Of a stretch of 64,000 bases of DNA, positions 1-7,933 are shown in pieces; position 1 is the first letter of the stretch, and each line of letters begins with the position of its first letter. A model generated the notes under the pieces. That model was not told the origin of the DNA, searched no databases, and saw only the letters and a list, made by a program, of their open reading frames with translations. The translations under genes were made by a program, and so were the position numbers. The DNA comes from an uncultured Bacteroidales bacterium (GTDB taxonomy: Bacteria; Bacteroidota; Bacteroidia; Bacteroidales; Paludibacteraceae). The stretch covers positions 1,684 through 65,683 of the forward strand of contig CACZCR010000009.1 in NCBI GenBank assembly GCA_902779705.1, read 5' to 3'.

Positions 1-289
1 TGCGAAAAGCAGATGCCACATATTCGCCTAAAGGAGATGACTCTATATATGCCTCGTCTGGAGTGTTGCCGACTAAAGTACCAAGAAGGCGATTGCGATT
101 GGCTATATTAACTGTAATAAGATAGATGCAGACACCAGCATAATTGTGTCCGGTTTTGCGACGGAGGCGATTATGCTTGATTGGAGCGTAGCAATTCTTT
201 TTCGGTCTTACGCCCGAAGCACGTGACAAATTCGATTCTCCTTTATCTTGTGCGTGAGACTTCAGGCTCGCGTTATCTTTAGCGTCCAT
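1..289 (-). CDS. IS200/IS605-like Y1 (HUH) transposase / RAYT-like protein, N-terminal part only (3' end runs off the window)
   Basis: Minus-strand ATG at 289-287 opens a frame reading MDAKDNASLKSHAQDKGES...GHNYAGVCIYLITVNIANRNRLLGTLVGNTPDEAYIESSPLGEYVASAF. The segment aligns by eye with the N-terminus of the 43880-45022 ORF (DYRSSGIYLITIVTHARKRVFGEL...LGQYVEQAW). The HUH motif would lie outside the window. Confidence 0.4.
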   Translation of the reverse strand, partial: MDAKDNASLKSHAQDKGESNLSRASGVRPKKNCYAPIKHNRLRRKTGHNYAGVCIYLITVNIANRNRLLGTLVGNTPDEAYIESSPLGEYVASAFR

Positions 290-294
290 CTTAA

Positions 295-1647
295 TTATAA
301 TAATGGTGTCATGTACAACGGCAGATAAGTGATACCATTCTCTTCTTTTACATCGCCGGAGTGTAGCACAACAGGAGTTGCCACTTGTTCAGCGTATTTC
401 TTTCGGAATTTCTCTAATGAAGAAATTGTGTACTTGGTTGTGGATTTGACTTCTATGGGGCAGATATTATGACGATTGGTCAGATTAGGCTTCTGTGTTA
501 AAAAGTCCACTTCCATGCGTTCCGAAGCATCTGTTTGAGAATATGAGGAATAAAAATATAGTTTGTGTCCGCTTGCGCGTAGCATTTGTGCAACGATATT
601 TTCAACAAACATCCCCTTGTTGATTTCCAATTTATCCAATAGCAGTTTCTGATACAATTTCTCGGAAGCGATGGTATTTTCGTCAAAGGCATGTGAAATA
701 AGCAAACCTGTATCCGCCATATAGCATTTAAGAGCAGAACTGTCCAGACGCATTCTCAGTCCGACGGTAGGCTCGGTGGCAGCATAGCAGATGTTGACAA
801 TCTGTGCGTCTGCTAACCAGAAGAACGAACTCTCATAGTCGCGATATCGGGCTGTGCCGGAAATGTCTGCTAAGTGGAATTTCTTCTCATGTCGTTGCAG
901 TTCTGAGGGAATCTGATCAAAGATGCCTTTCACTTTGCTCTCGTACCCTACTGCATATTTTTCTATGTCTGCTCTATACAGAGCCAGAATATCGCGCTTG
1001 ACCAAGTCTGTTTCAATAAAGTTCTTCGTGTCGCGGAAAGTGAGTACAGCCTGTGGCATTCCGCCAACTATCATATACTGCCGGAACAAATCCATCACTT
1101 TTCGATGAATAGGTCCCAGCGGAGTCTTCTTGGTGTAGCAATCACGGATAAACGGCATAAGCATCTCATTCCCCATTGCCCATAAGAACTCCTCAAAGTC
1201 CATCGGGTACATAGCGATACGGTGTTCCTCTGAAGGAATGACAATATCTTTTACATTGCGGTTGATGCTGACTAACGAACCTGTCTCAATATAATCATAT
1301 CGTCCGTCTGCAACAAGATATTTGATAGCCGCACGTGCACGCGGGTAAAGTTGCACCTCGTCGAAAATGATAAGCGAATCACGTTCATGCAATTGCACAT
1401 CATAGTACAACGACAAATGCATGAAGAACATATCCAAATTAGTGAGGTATTCGTCAAATATTTTCAGCAGCTGTTTATCTGCGTCATTAAAGTCAACGAG
1501 GATATAAGTCTTGTATTCATTGCGTCCGAAAGCCTCCGCTATGTAACTTTTACCAATACGTCTGGCTCCATCAATCATTACTGCGACCTTACCGTTCCTT
1601 TGCTTTTTCCAGTCAAGCAATTCGTCATAAATCTTACGCCTCATCAT
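295..1647 (-). CDS. AAA+ ATPase, AAA_14 / DUF4143-type
   Basis: 450-aa ORF with Walker A GARRIGKS and Walker B-like LIIFDEVQ. Length and layout match my memory of the ATPase-plus-DUF4143 family common in Bacteroidales. A promoter motif lies upstream. Confidence 0.8.
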   Translation of the reverse strand: MMRRKIYDELLDWKKQRNGKVAVMIDGARRIGKSYIAEAFGRNEYKTYILVDFNDADKQLLKIFDEYLTNLDMFFMHLSLYYDVQLHERDSLIIFDEVQLYPRARAAIKYLVADGRYDYIETGSLVSINRNVKDIVIPSEEHRIAMYPMDFEEFLWAMGNEMLMPFIRDCYTKKTPLGPIHRKVMDLFRQYMIVGGMPQAVLTFRDTKNFIETDLVKRDILALYRADIEKYAVGYESKVKGIFDQIPSELQRHEKKFHLADISGTARYRDYESSFFWLADAQIVNICYAATEPTVGLRMRLDSSALKCYMADTGLLISHAFDENTIASEKLYQKLLLDKLEINKGMFVENIVAQMLRASGHKLYFYSSYSQTDASERMEVDFLTQKPNLTNRHNICPIEVKSTTKYTISSLEKFRKKYAEQVATPVVLHSGDVKEENGITYLPLYMTPLL

Positions 1648-1744
1648 ATTGTTTCACGAATTTATAGGATTTATAAAGCTTGTTCTTCACGATTTTTAGC
1701 TATTTAAAATGCTAATTTCGCACGTTTTTATTCGTTTCCGGCTG

Positions 1745-1776
1745 CAAAGGTACAACAAATTATTGAAATGTGCAAG
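1745..1776 (-). promoter_or_regulatory. Bacteroidetes sigma-ABfr type promoter for the ATPase gene
   Basis: Reverse complement reads CTTG, a 20-nt spacer, then TACCTTTG (-7 box at 1745-1752). Confidence 0.5.
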
Positions 1777-2186
1777 ACTTTTGGCAGAAAAAATGCAATT
1801 ATGCTCGCATAAATTGATTTTTATGGCTAAAGGATTGGCTGCGAACGTACCTTCGGAGGATTCCTTGTTCAGAATGAATAAGGGCGTGCCGACGGTACAA
1901 CAAATATTTGTCTGCTTTTTTTTGACATATGCAAATCGGGTTGATTGGTATGTCTGCTCAGCCCTGATTTTTCGTTTGGTGTTAGGTTAGCTGCTAACGT
2001 ACTGATAATGAGCGAGTAATAAAAATTGCTTCAAAAACGCCCAAAAATGCTTAAAAAATTGATTTTTTTTGCGCCTGATTTACAGCGAGTTAGAGGCCCA
2101 TTTTTCAAAACTGCCGATTTTGGTTAAAAAATGAAGATTTTAGAAAATTTTTGGAATTTGCATTTTTTTTGATTGACTCCCGTGTT

Positions 2187-2211
2187 TTTGGAGTATAATG
2201 TATTATCTTTG
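2187..2211 (+). promoter_or_regulatory. Candidate promoter (-7 box TATCTTTG at 2204-2211)
   Basis: The -7 box matches TAnnTTTG perfectly. The nearest TTTG (2187-2190) is at non-canonical spacing. Confidence 0.35.
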
Positions 2212-2236
2212 CACCCGATTTCAAAAAGACGCGCTT

Positions 2237-2371
2237 ATGTTAACGTACAATCTTCTCAAAATCGCCCCGGACGGAGGCCAGTTCGCAACCACTACAATCG
2301 GTATGTTGCTCGGTTTAATGGAAGCAGGTTTAGCTCTTTGGTTCATCATCGCAATGATATGTAATGGCTAA
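2237..2371 (+). CDS. Small hydrophobic peptide, 44 aa (hypothetical)
   Basis: ATG lies 26 nt after the -7 box. Translation is MLTYNLLKIAPDGGQFATTTIGMLLGLMEAGLALWFIIAMICNG, with one predicted TM helix. It is below the ORF-track size cutoff and I found it by reading. Confidence 0.25.
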   Translation: MLTYNLLKIAPDGGQFATTTIGMLLGLMEAGLALWFIIAMICNG

Positions 2372-2406
2372 AATCCGCTCCAATTTTCCGACAATATGCA
2401 ATTTAA

Positions 2407-2438
2407 TTTGCATATGTCAGAAATTTTTAGTAACTTTG
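2407..2438 (+). promoter_or_regulatory. Promoter of the ORF6N gene
   Basis: TTTG (2407-2410), a 20-nt spacer, then TAACTTTG (2431-2438). Confidence 0.55.
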
Positions 2439-2514
2439 TGCCCGATTTTTGAAATGTGCATTTTTTGTACTTTACAAGAAAACAAATACTTATGGCTAAG
2501 TAATAATCGTGCCT

Positions 2515-3534
2515 ATGGCTAAGAAGAATGAAATAGCAAAAGCAGAATCGGCATCATTACAGCCGTTGGAGAACATCGAGAACCTCATTCACGTCATCCG
2601 TGGAAAACAAGTTATGCTTGATCGTGACATAGCGCGGTTGTATGGAGTAGAAACAAAACGTCTCAATCAGCAAGTGCAACGTAACCTCGAACGTTTCCCT
2701 GGGGACTTTATGTTCCAGTTGAATAAAGAGGAGTTCGAAAATTGGAAGTCACAATTTGCAACTTCCAATTCGGACGAATCTTTGAGGTCACAATTTGCAA
2801 CCTCAACCGAAGAAGAAAATTGGAAGTCACAATTTGCAACTTCCAATTCCATTAAGATGGGTGCTCGTAAGCTCCCATACGCCTTCACCGAAAACGGCGT
2901 AGCCATGTTGAGCGGTGTCCTCCGTTCCCCGCAAGCCATTAACATCAATATCCAAATAATGCGCGCGTTCAATGCAATGCGTCATTTCATTGCTTCTAAT
3001 ACGCAGGTATTCCAACGCTTGGAGGTAATGGAGCGCAATCAGTTGGCTATGAACGCTTCTCAAGCGGAGTTGTCTTCACATCTCGCAGAGAACGACAAGA
3101 AACTGGAAGAAGTCTTTCGTCGTTTAGACGAAGGAGAAACTACTCCGAAAGAAGCTATTTTCTTTGAAGGGAAGTTCTTCGAGGCTCGTCTGTTGCTGGA
3201 GCAGATAATCAAAACCGCGACCAAGCGTGTTGTTATTATTGATGGCTATATTGATGCAGAGACATTTGATATGCTTGATGTGCGTGCCAAAGGTGTAACG
3301 GCGGATATTTATTCAGATGGAGAACATAAGTCGCTGCGTGATATGCACAATGCCGGTAAGGGTAAACAGCCGGTGAATACGCATAAGTGGTCAAAGTCCT
3401 CGCATGACCGTTGGGTGATTATCGATGATACCCTCTACCACTGCGGCCATTCCGTCAAGGACTTAGGCAAGAAACTCTCCGCCATCATGAAGATGGATTG
3501 GAACCCGGAGGTGGTATTGAAGGAAGTAAGGTAA
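2515..3534 (+). CDS. ORF6N (KilA-N-like) DNA-binding domain protein with conserved C-terminal HDR...KDLGKK domain
   Basis: The N-terminus IRGKQVMLDRDIARLYGVETKRLNQQVQRNLERFPGDFMFQL is the canonical ORF6N signature. The C-terminus SHDRWVIIDDTLYHCGHSVKDLGKKLSAIMKMD matches the usual partner domain. The ATG at 2515 is preferred over the GTG at 2509. Confidence 0.8.
   Translation: MAKKNEIAKAESASLQPLENIENLIHVIRGKQVMLDRDIARLYGVETKRLNQQVQRNLERFPGDFMFQLNKEEFENWKSQFATSNSDESLRSQFATSTEEENWKSQFATSNSIKMGARKLPYAFTENGVAMLSGVLRSPQAININIQIMRAFNAMRHFIASNTQVFQRLEVMERNQLAMNASQAELSSHLAENDKKLEEVFRRLDEGETTPKEAIFFEGKFFEARLLLEQIIKTATKRVVIIDGYIDAETFDMLDVRAKGVTADIYSDGEHKSLRDMHNAGKGKQPVNTHKWSKSSHDRWVIIDDTLYHCGHSVKDLGKKLSAIMKMDWNPEVVLKEVR
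2740..2848 (+). repeat. Three tandem hairpin-capable units inside the ORF6N CDS
   Basis: Unit 1 pairs AATTGGAAGT (2740-2749) with ACTTCCAATT (2761-2770). Unit 2 pairs TTGAGGT (2782-2788) with ACCTCAA (2800-2806). Unit 3 pairs AATTGGAAGT (2818-2827) with ACTTCCAATT (2839-2848). All three have the identical loop CACAATTTGCA. They encode (W/L)(K/R)SQFATS(N/T) three times. Confidence 0.85.
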
Positions 3535-3801
3535 ATACCGTCCCATCCATGACGTAAAACCGGATCGTTGAGGCTGGCAACGTAAAAAAGCAGTTACATA
3601 CTGAAAGGCGTTTATTGACGCTTGTTTTGACGATTTAGAAACTTCGCAACTTTCAAAAATCTTTGTTCAAAGCATGCAACAATAGATGTCTGCGTTGGGT
3701 ATATAACCCTCCTATTGCTATGGGAGAACTATATACTTTTTTAGCGTAGGCTCTGTGTTGCTTGTATCTGACAAAGATGGGCAATCCTAAGGCCTCTAAA
3801 T

Positions 3802-3838
3802 CGCAGGACAAGTAACAATTACAGGTCCTGCGCTTTTT
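3802..3838 (+). terminator. Rho-independent terminator-like hairpin
   Basis: CGCAGGAC (3802-3809) pairs with GTCCTGCG (3825-3832), followed by CTTTTT. It lies about 270 nt downstream of the ORF6N stop. Confidence 0.4.
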
Positions 3839-3875
3839 GTGTATGTATGTGAGCGATTTAAACTAATACCAAGAT

Positions 3876-4106
3876 ATGGAAGGAGAAGTAGGTAAAACCC
3901 GCTTGGCTGAATACAATGCCATCAAGAAGAAGGTTGACGCTAAAGCTGAGCGATTAACCAGAAAAGAACTAAACATGCCAAAAGGCGAATGGTGGTTTGG
4001 CTCGTGCCACACGTTCTGGAAACACAAGAAGAAAATCTTGCGCAAGGAATACCACATGATCTGGCGCAGCCCCCAAGACCTCAACCCCTATACTTGTTTT
4101 GATTAA
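3876..4106 (+). CDS. Small hypothetical protein (76 aa)
   Basis: The ORF has coding-like composition, is Lys/Trp-rich, and ends ...WWFGSCHTFWKHKKKILRKEYHMIWRSPQDLNPYTCFD. It sits directly upstream of the R-M gene. I cannot name the family with certainty. Confidence 0.4.
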   Translation: MEGEVGKTRLAEYNAIKKKVDAKAERLTRKELNMPKGEWWFGSCHTFWKHKKKILRKEYHMIWRSPQDLNPYTCFD

Positions 4107-4192
4107 TTTAAGTTTACAGAAGAAGAGATTTCAAAAAAGGAACAGGCAGAAGAGGCAAGATAAAATATAATTGAACGAGAAAAAGTAGTACT

Positions 4193-7100
4193 ATGTTTTT
4201 TCAGAATAGTGTCATAAAGAAGTACCTCGCGGCGCTTGATAATGAGCGTGTAGCAAAGGCGTGGGAAGATTATAAAGCGTATTTCCTGAACAAGGAGATA
4301 CAGGAGAATATACGCTCAAGCAAAGAGGAACAATTCCAAGAGGGCTTCCTCCGCGAACTTTTCGTGAAGGTGTTTGGCTACACCCTCAACCCCTCGCCAA
4401 ACTTCAACCTCATCACTGAGCAGAAGAACGAGACCGACGCCAAGAAAGCAGATGGCGCAATATTGAGGGATGAGAAAGTGATTGGTGTTATTGAGTTGAA
4501 AGACCACAAGACGACCGACCTCAGCCACGTCGAGCGTCAAGCGTTCGGCTACAAGAGCCAGCACAAGGATACGAAGTATGTGGTCATTTCCAACTTCGAG
4601 AAACTACGTTTCTATATTGACAACGCGGTCGAGCATATCGAATGGAACCTGTTCACGCTCAACGAGGACGACTTCCGTTTGCTCTATTTCTGCCTCGCAT
4701 GGACAAATATAAGCAACGATTTGCCGCTTAAAGCCAAACAGGAAAGCGTCAGCAACGAGGATCAGATCACCCAACAACTCTACAAAGACTACTCCGCATT
4801 TAAAAGGGAGATATTTGCGGACATACTCGCCAACAACACTACAGAAGAGACACCAAAAGAGCAGATCCTGCTTCTCTTCCGGAAGACCCAAAAACTGCTT
4901 GACCGACTGCTGTTCATCTTCTTTGCGGAAGACTGCGGTTTGTTGCCGCCTAACTCAATGGTTGAGATTCTCAAACAATGGGAGCAACTCAAAGAGATGG
5001 ACGAGTACAAGCCGCTTTACAGCCGCATTAAGAAGTATTTCGGATACATGGACACCGGCTGGCAGGGTAAGAAATACGAGATCTTCGCTTATAACGGTGG
5101 CCTGTTCAAACCTGATGAGGTGCTTGATTCTATCCAAATTAGCGACGATATCCTGGCACGGTTTACACGCAAACTCGCTGACTACGATTATTCAACGGAA
5201 GTCGATGTCAACATCCTCGGACATATCTTCGAGAACTCGCTTAACGAGATTGAAGAAGTCACAGCCCAGATCAACGCCGGTGAGGCTCCAACAGTCAGCA
5301 AGCGTAAACGCGACGGTGTGTTCTACACCCCACAGTATATCACCAAATATATTGTCGAGAACACCGTTGGTAGGCTATGTGCAGAGAAGAAAGCCGAAAT
5401 GGGTATCGACGAACAAGAGTATTTCGCGGACAAGAACCGCCAGACGGCAACGAAGAAAAGGCTTCTGGACCAGCTGACCGCTTACCGCGAATGGTTGCTT
5501 GGTATAACTATCTGCGACCCAGCTTGCGGTTCGGGGGCTTTCCTCAATGCCGCACTCCAGTTCTTGATGGCAGAGCATAAACTGCTCGACGAGATGGAAG
5601 CGAAAATCACCGGCTCGACGATTGCTTTCCAAGCGGTTGAGAACTCTATCCTTGAAAACAACCTCTATGGTGTCGATATTAACGAAGAGAGTGTCGAGAT
5701 CGCCCGTCTGGCTTTGTGGCTTCGTACCGCCAAGCCCCACCGCAAACTCAACTCGCTCAATAATAATATCAAGTGCGGCAACTCCCTCATCTCCGATCCT
5801 GAAATAGCGGGAGAGAAGGCTTTTGATTGGCAGAAAGAGTTTCCGCAGGTGTTTGAAAAAGGTGGCTTTGATGTGGTCATCGGTAACCCGCCCTATGGAA
5901 TATTAATTGATGATTCTTTAAAAGATTATTACACTAAAAATTTCCCATTGTCGAGATACAAACTCAACCTTTATATATTATTCTTAGAGCGAATGTTCCA
6001 GATTTATAAAAAAGGTGTAGTCTCTTTTATTATTCCAAAGTCTCTATTGATTAATTCTTATTTTGAGGATATTCGTAGATATATTCTTTCAAATTCAGAG
6101 GTGAGGGAATTATTTACAATAACAGAAAAAGTCTTTGAGGATGCAGAGGTGGGTTCAAGTTTAATAATTACTTTTGAAATAAAGAGTAGTATAAAAGAGA
6201 ACCATCTTGTTCGTCTTGCTAATTGTGAGAAAACAACAGATTTCAGGGATGGTACAAATATTGTACAAAACTTTGTGAATCAGAATATATTATTACAGGG
6301 AGAAAAAGCAGAAATAGTTATTCAATCAGAAGATTCAGATCAAATAAAATCTAAGATTATTAAATTCCCCCAGGCTAAAACATTCTATAAATTTAAGAAT
6401 GGACTAAACCCAGGAAATATCAAGGAGAAACTTATAACAAGAATTCCTGGCGAATTAACTCAGAAGATAATATGGGGAAAGGAAATTAAACAATATTGTA
6501 TAATTTGGGGAGGCGATTATATTATCTATGATGAACATATTGCTGATACTCTAACGATAAATGATATCCAAAGTAAAAAAGGTATGAATCAACAAACAAA
6601 GATTGACTTTGCGTTAAGAGATAAATCTTTGTTTGAAGTAGAGAAACTTGTTATTCGCAAAACAGGAGATAGATTAGTTTGTTCGTATGATGACCAAAAC
6701 TATTATTTTGACACATTAGTACATGGCATCTATCAAGTGAATACACAATATTCCTTAAAATATTTACTTGCTATTTTGAATAGTAAGCCGGCTACATATT
6801 TTTATAGATGCTTGCATGACATAAAAGGGAAAGTGTTTGCAAAAATAAGTTTGGATGATTTATCCTGTTTCCCTATCCCCGAATGTGCCGACCAACAGCC
6901 GTTTGTTGACCTTGCTGACCGCATGTTATCCCTTAATCGCGACCTCCAAACCAAACGCGCTCGGTTCTTGCGGAGATTGCAAGACAATATGCCGGACATT
7001 AAGATCACAGGCACCTTAGAGACCTTTGATACCCTTGATTTCGCGGGCTTTGTGGCTGAACTCAAGAAACAGAAGATTAAACTCTCCCTCGTCCAACAAG

Positions 7101-7246
7101 ACGAATGGGAAGAGTACTTCGGACAGTATAAAGCGGCACTAAACGAGATTTCAGTGCAGATATGTGCAACGGATAAGGAGATAGATGCACGTGTTTATGC
7201 GTTGTATGGCTTAACGGAAGATGAGATAAAACTAATCGAGGGATAA
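4193..7246 (+). CDS. Type IIG (fused endonuclease + N6-adenine methyltransferase + specificity) restriction-modification enzyme, Eco57I/MmeI-like
   Basis: 1017 aa. N-terminal PD-(D/E)xK-like DGAILRDEKVIGVIELKDHK. SAM motif I is DPACGSGAF and catalytic motif IV is GNPPYG (I before IV, so gamma class). The C-terminal tail VYALYGLTEDEIKLIE is typical of this enzyme class. Confidence 0.85.
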   Translation: MFFQNSVIKKYLAALDNERVAKAWEDYKAYFLNKEIQENIRSSKEEQFQEGFLRELFVKVFGYTLNPSPNFNLITEQKNETDAKKADGAILRDEKVIGVIELKDHKTTDLSHVERQAFGYKSQHKDTKYVVISNFEKLRFYIDNAVEHIEWNLFTLNEDDFRLLYFCLAWTNISNDLPLKAKQESVSNEDQITQQLYKDYSAFKREIFADILANNTTEETPKEQILLLFRKTQKLLDRLLFIFFAEDCGLLPPNSMVEILKQWEQLKEMDEYKPLYSRIKKYFGYMDTGWQGKKYEIFAYNGGLFKPDEVLDSIQISDDILARFTRKLADYDYSTEVDVNILGHIFENSLNEIEEVTAQINAGEAPTVSKRKRDGVFYTPQYITKYIVENTVGRLCAEKKAEMGIDEQEYFADKNRQTATKKRLLDQLTAYREWLLGITICDPACGSGAFLNAALQFLMAEHKLLDEMEAKITGSTIAFQAVENSILENNLYGVDINEESVEIARLALWLRTAKPHRKLNSLNNNIKCGNSLISDPEIAGEKAFDWQKEFPQVFEKGGFDVVIGNPPYGILIDDSLKDYYTKNFPLSRYKLNLYILFLERMFQIYKKGVVSFIIPKSLLINSYFEDIRRYILSNSEVRELFTITEKVFEDAEVGSSLIITFEIKSSIKENHLVRLANCEKTTDFRDGTNIVQNFVNQNILLQGEKAEIVIQSEDSDQIKSKIIKFPQAKTFYKFKNGLNPGNIKEKLITRIPGELTQKIIWGKEIKQYCIIWGGDYIIYDEHIADTLTINDIQSKKGMNQQTKIDFALRDKSLFEVEKLVIRKTGDRLVCSYDDQNYYFDTLVHGIYQVNTQYSLKYLLAILNSKPATYFYRCLHDIKGKVFAKISLDDLSCFPIPECADQQPFVDLADRMLSLNRDLQTKRARFLRRLQDNMPDIKITGTLETFDTLDFAGFVAELKKQKIKLSLVQQDEWEEYFGQYKAALNEISVQICATDKEIDARVYALYGLTEDEIKLIEG

Positions 7247-7406
7247 CTATATGCGCATAGATAACCCCAATGCAGAAAAAGATTTTCAAGAATATGTTGC
7301 ACAAAAGCTGGGTATTTATCTTATGTAGATAGCAGTAATAACAAGATAGTTCATTCGAAGATATCAGATGATTTTATGATTAAGCAACTAACAACAACTA
7401 CAACCC

Positions 7407-7862
7407 ATGAAACGATTGATGATCATTATAGCCGCAGCGGTGATGGCGGTGGGAGGGATGGCGCAGAGCCGTTTCTACAAGGGCAACTCGACCTATAGCA
7501 GCGATATACTCTACTCCTTCGACGGCAAGTATATCTACAACGGTCGGTCCACCTATAGTAGCGATATCCTCTACACCTACGACGGCAAGTATATATACAA
7601 CGGCCGGTCGAACTACAGCAGCGACATCCTACTCACGTGGGACGGGCAGTATATCTACAAAGGGCGGTCGAACTACAGCAGCGATATACTCTTCACCTTC
7701 GACGGGACCTATATCTACCGCGGCCGCTCGACCTACAGCAGCGACATACTCTACACCGTCAGCCATGGGCACCTCTACCGCGGACGGTCTACCTACAGCA
7801 GCGACATACTCTATAGCTTCGATAGTCGGCTGCCTTTGCCGGTACTGCTGATGATGCTATAA
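7407..7862 (+). CDS. Secreted repeat protein, 6 x 20-aa tandem repeats (unknown function)
   Basis: Signal peptide MKRLMIIIAAAVMAVGGMAQ is followed by six units of consensus (I/L)Y(N/K/R)GRSTYSSDILY(T/S)FDG(K/T)Y. Confidence 0.75.
   Translation: MKRLMIIIAAAVMAVGGMAQSRFYKGNSTYSSDILYSFDGKYIYNGRSTYSSDILYTYDGKYIYNGRSNYSSDILLTWDGQYIYKGRSNYSSDILFTFDGTYIYRGRSTYSSDILYTVSHGHLYRGRSTYSSDILYSFDSRLPLPVLLMML
7473..7832 (+). repeat. Six 60-nt tandem coding repeats
   Basis: Units differ mainly at synonymous positions (tat/tac, agc/agt, gat/gac, ata/atc). Confidence 0.9.
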
Positions 7863-7882
7863 GAGCGAGACAAGACAAAACA

Positions 7883-7911
7883 AAAGCAGCCCACTTTTCG
7901 GTGAGCTGCTT
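7883..7911. terminator. Hairpin terminator between convergent genes
   Basis: AAAGCAGCCCAC ttttc GGTGAGCTGCTTT, with A/T runs on both sides. It lies between the 7862 stop (+) and the 7934 stop (-). Confidence 0.5.
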
Positions 7912-7933
7912 TGTTGGTATAGTAGATCGGGGA

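Noticed and set aside
1709-1990. A 93-aa plus-strand ORF in the ATPase upstream region
   Set aside because: It starts inside the divergent promoter, has non-coding-like composition and shows no family resemblance.
2490-2522. Duplicated TATGGCTAAG (2490-2499 and 2513-2522) creating a mini-ORF ATG-GCT-AAG-TAA upstream of the ORF6N start
   Set aside because: It is too short to interpret and is probably a small local duplication. It was used only to prefer the ATG at 2515 as the start.
4193-7246. Possible BREX PglX methyltransferase
   Set aside because: The motif content is similar, but no brxA/B/C, pglZ or brxL genes are adjacent, and an N-terminal PD-(D/E)xK-like nuclease motif is present. 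A stand-alone type IIG enzyme is the simpler reading.
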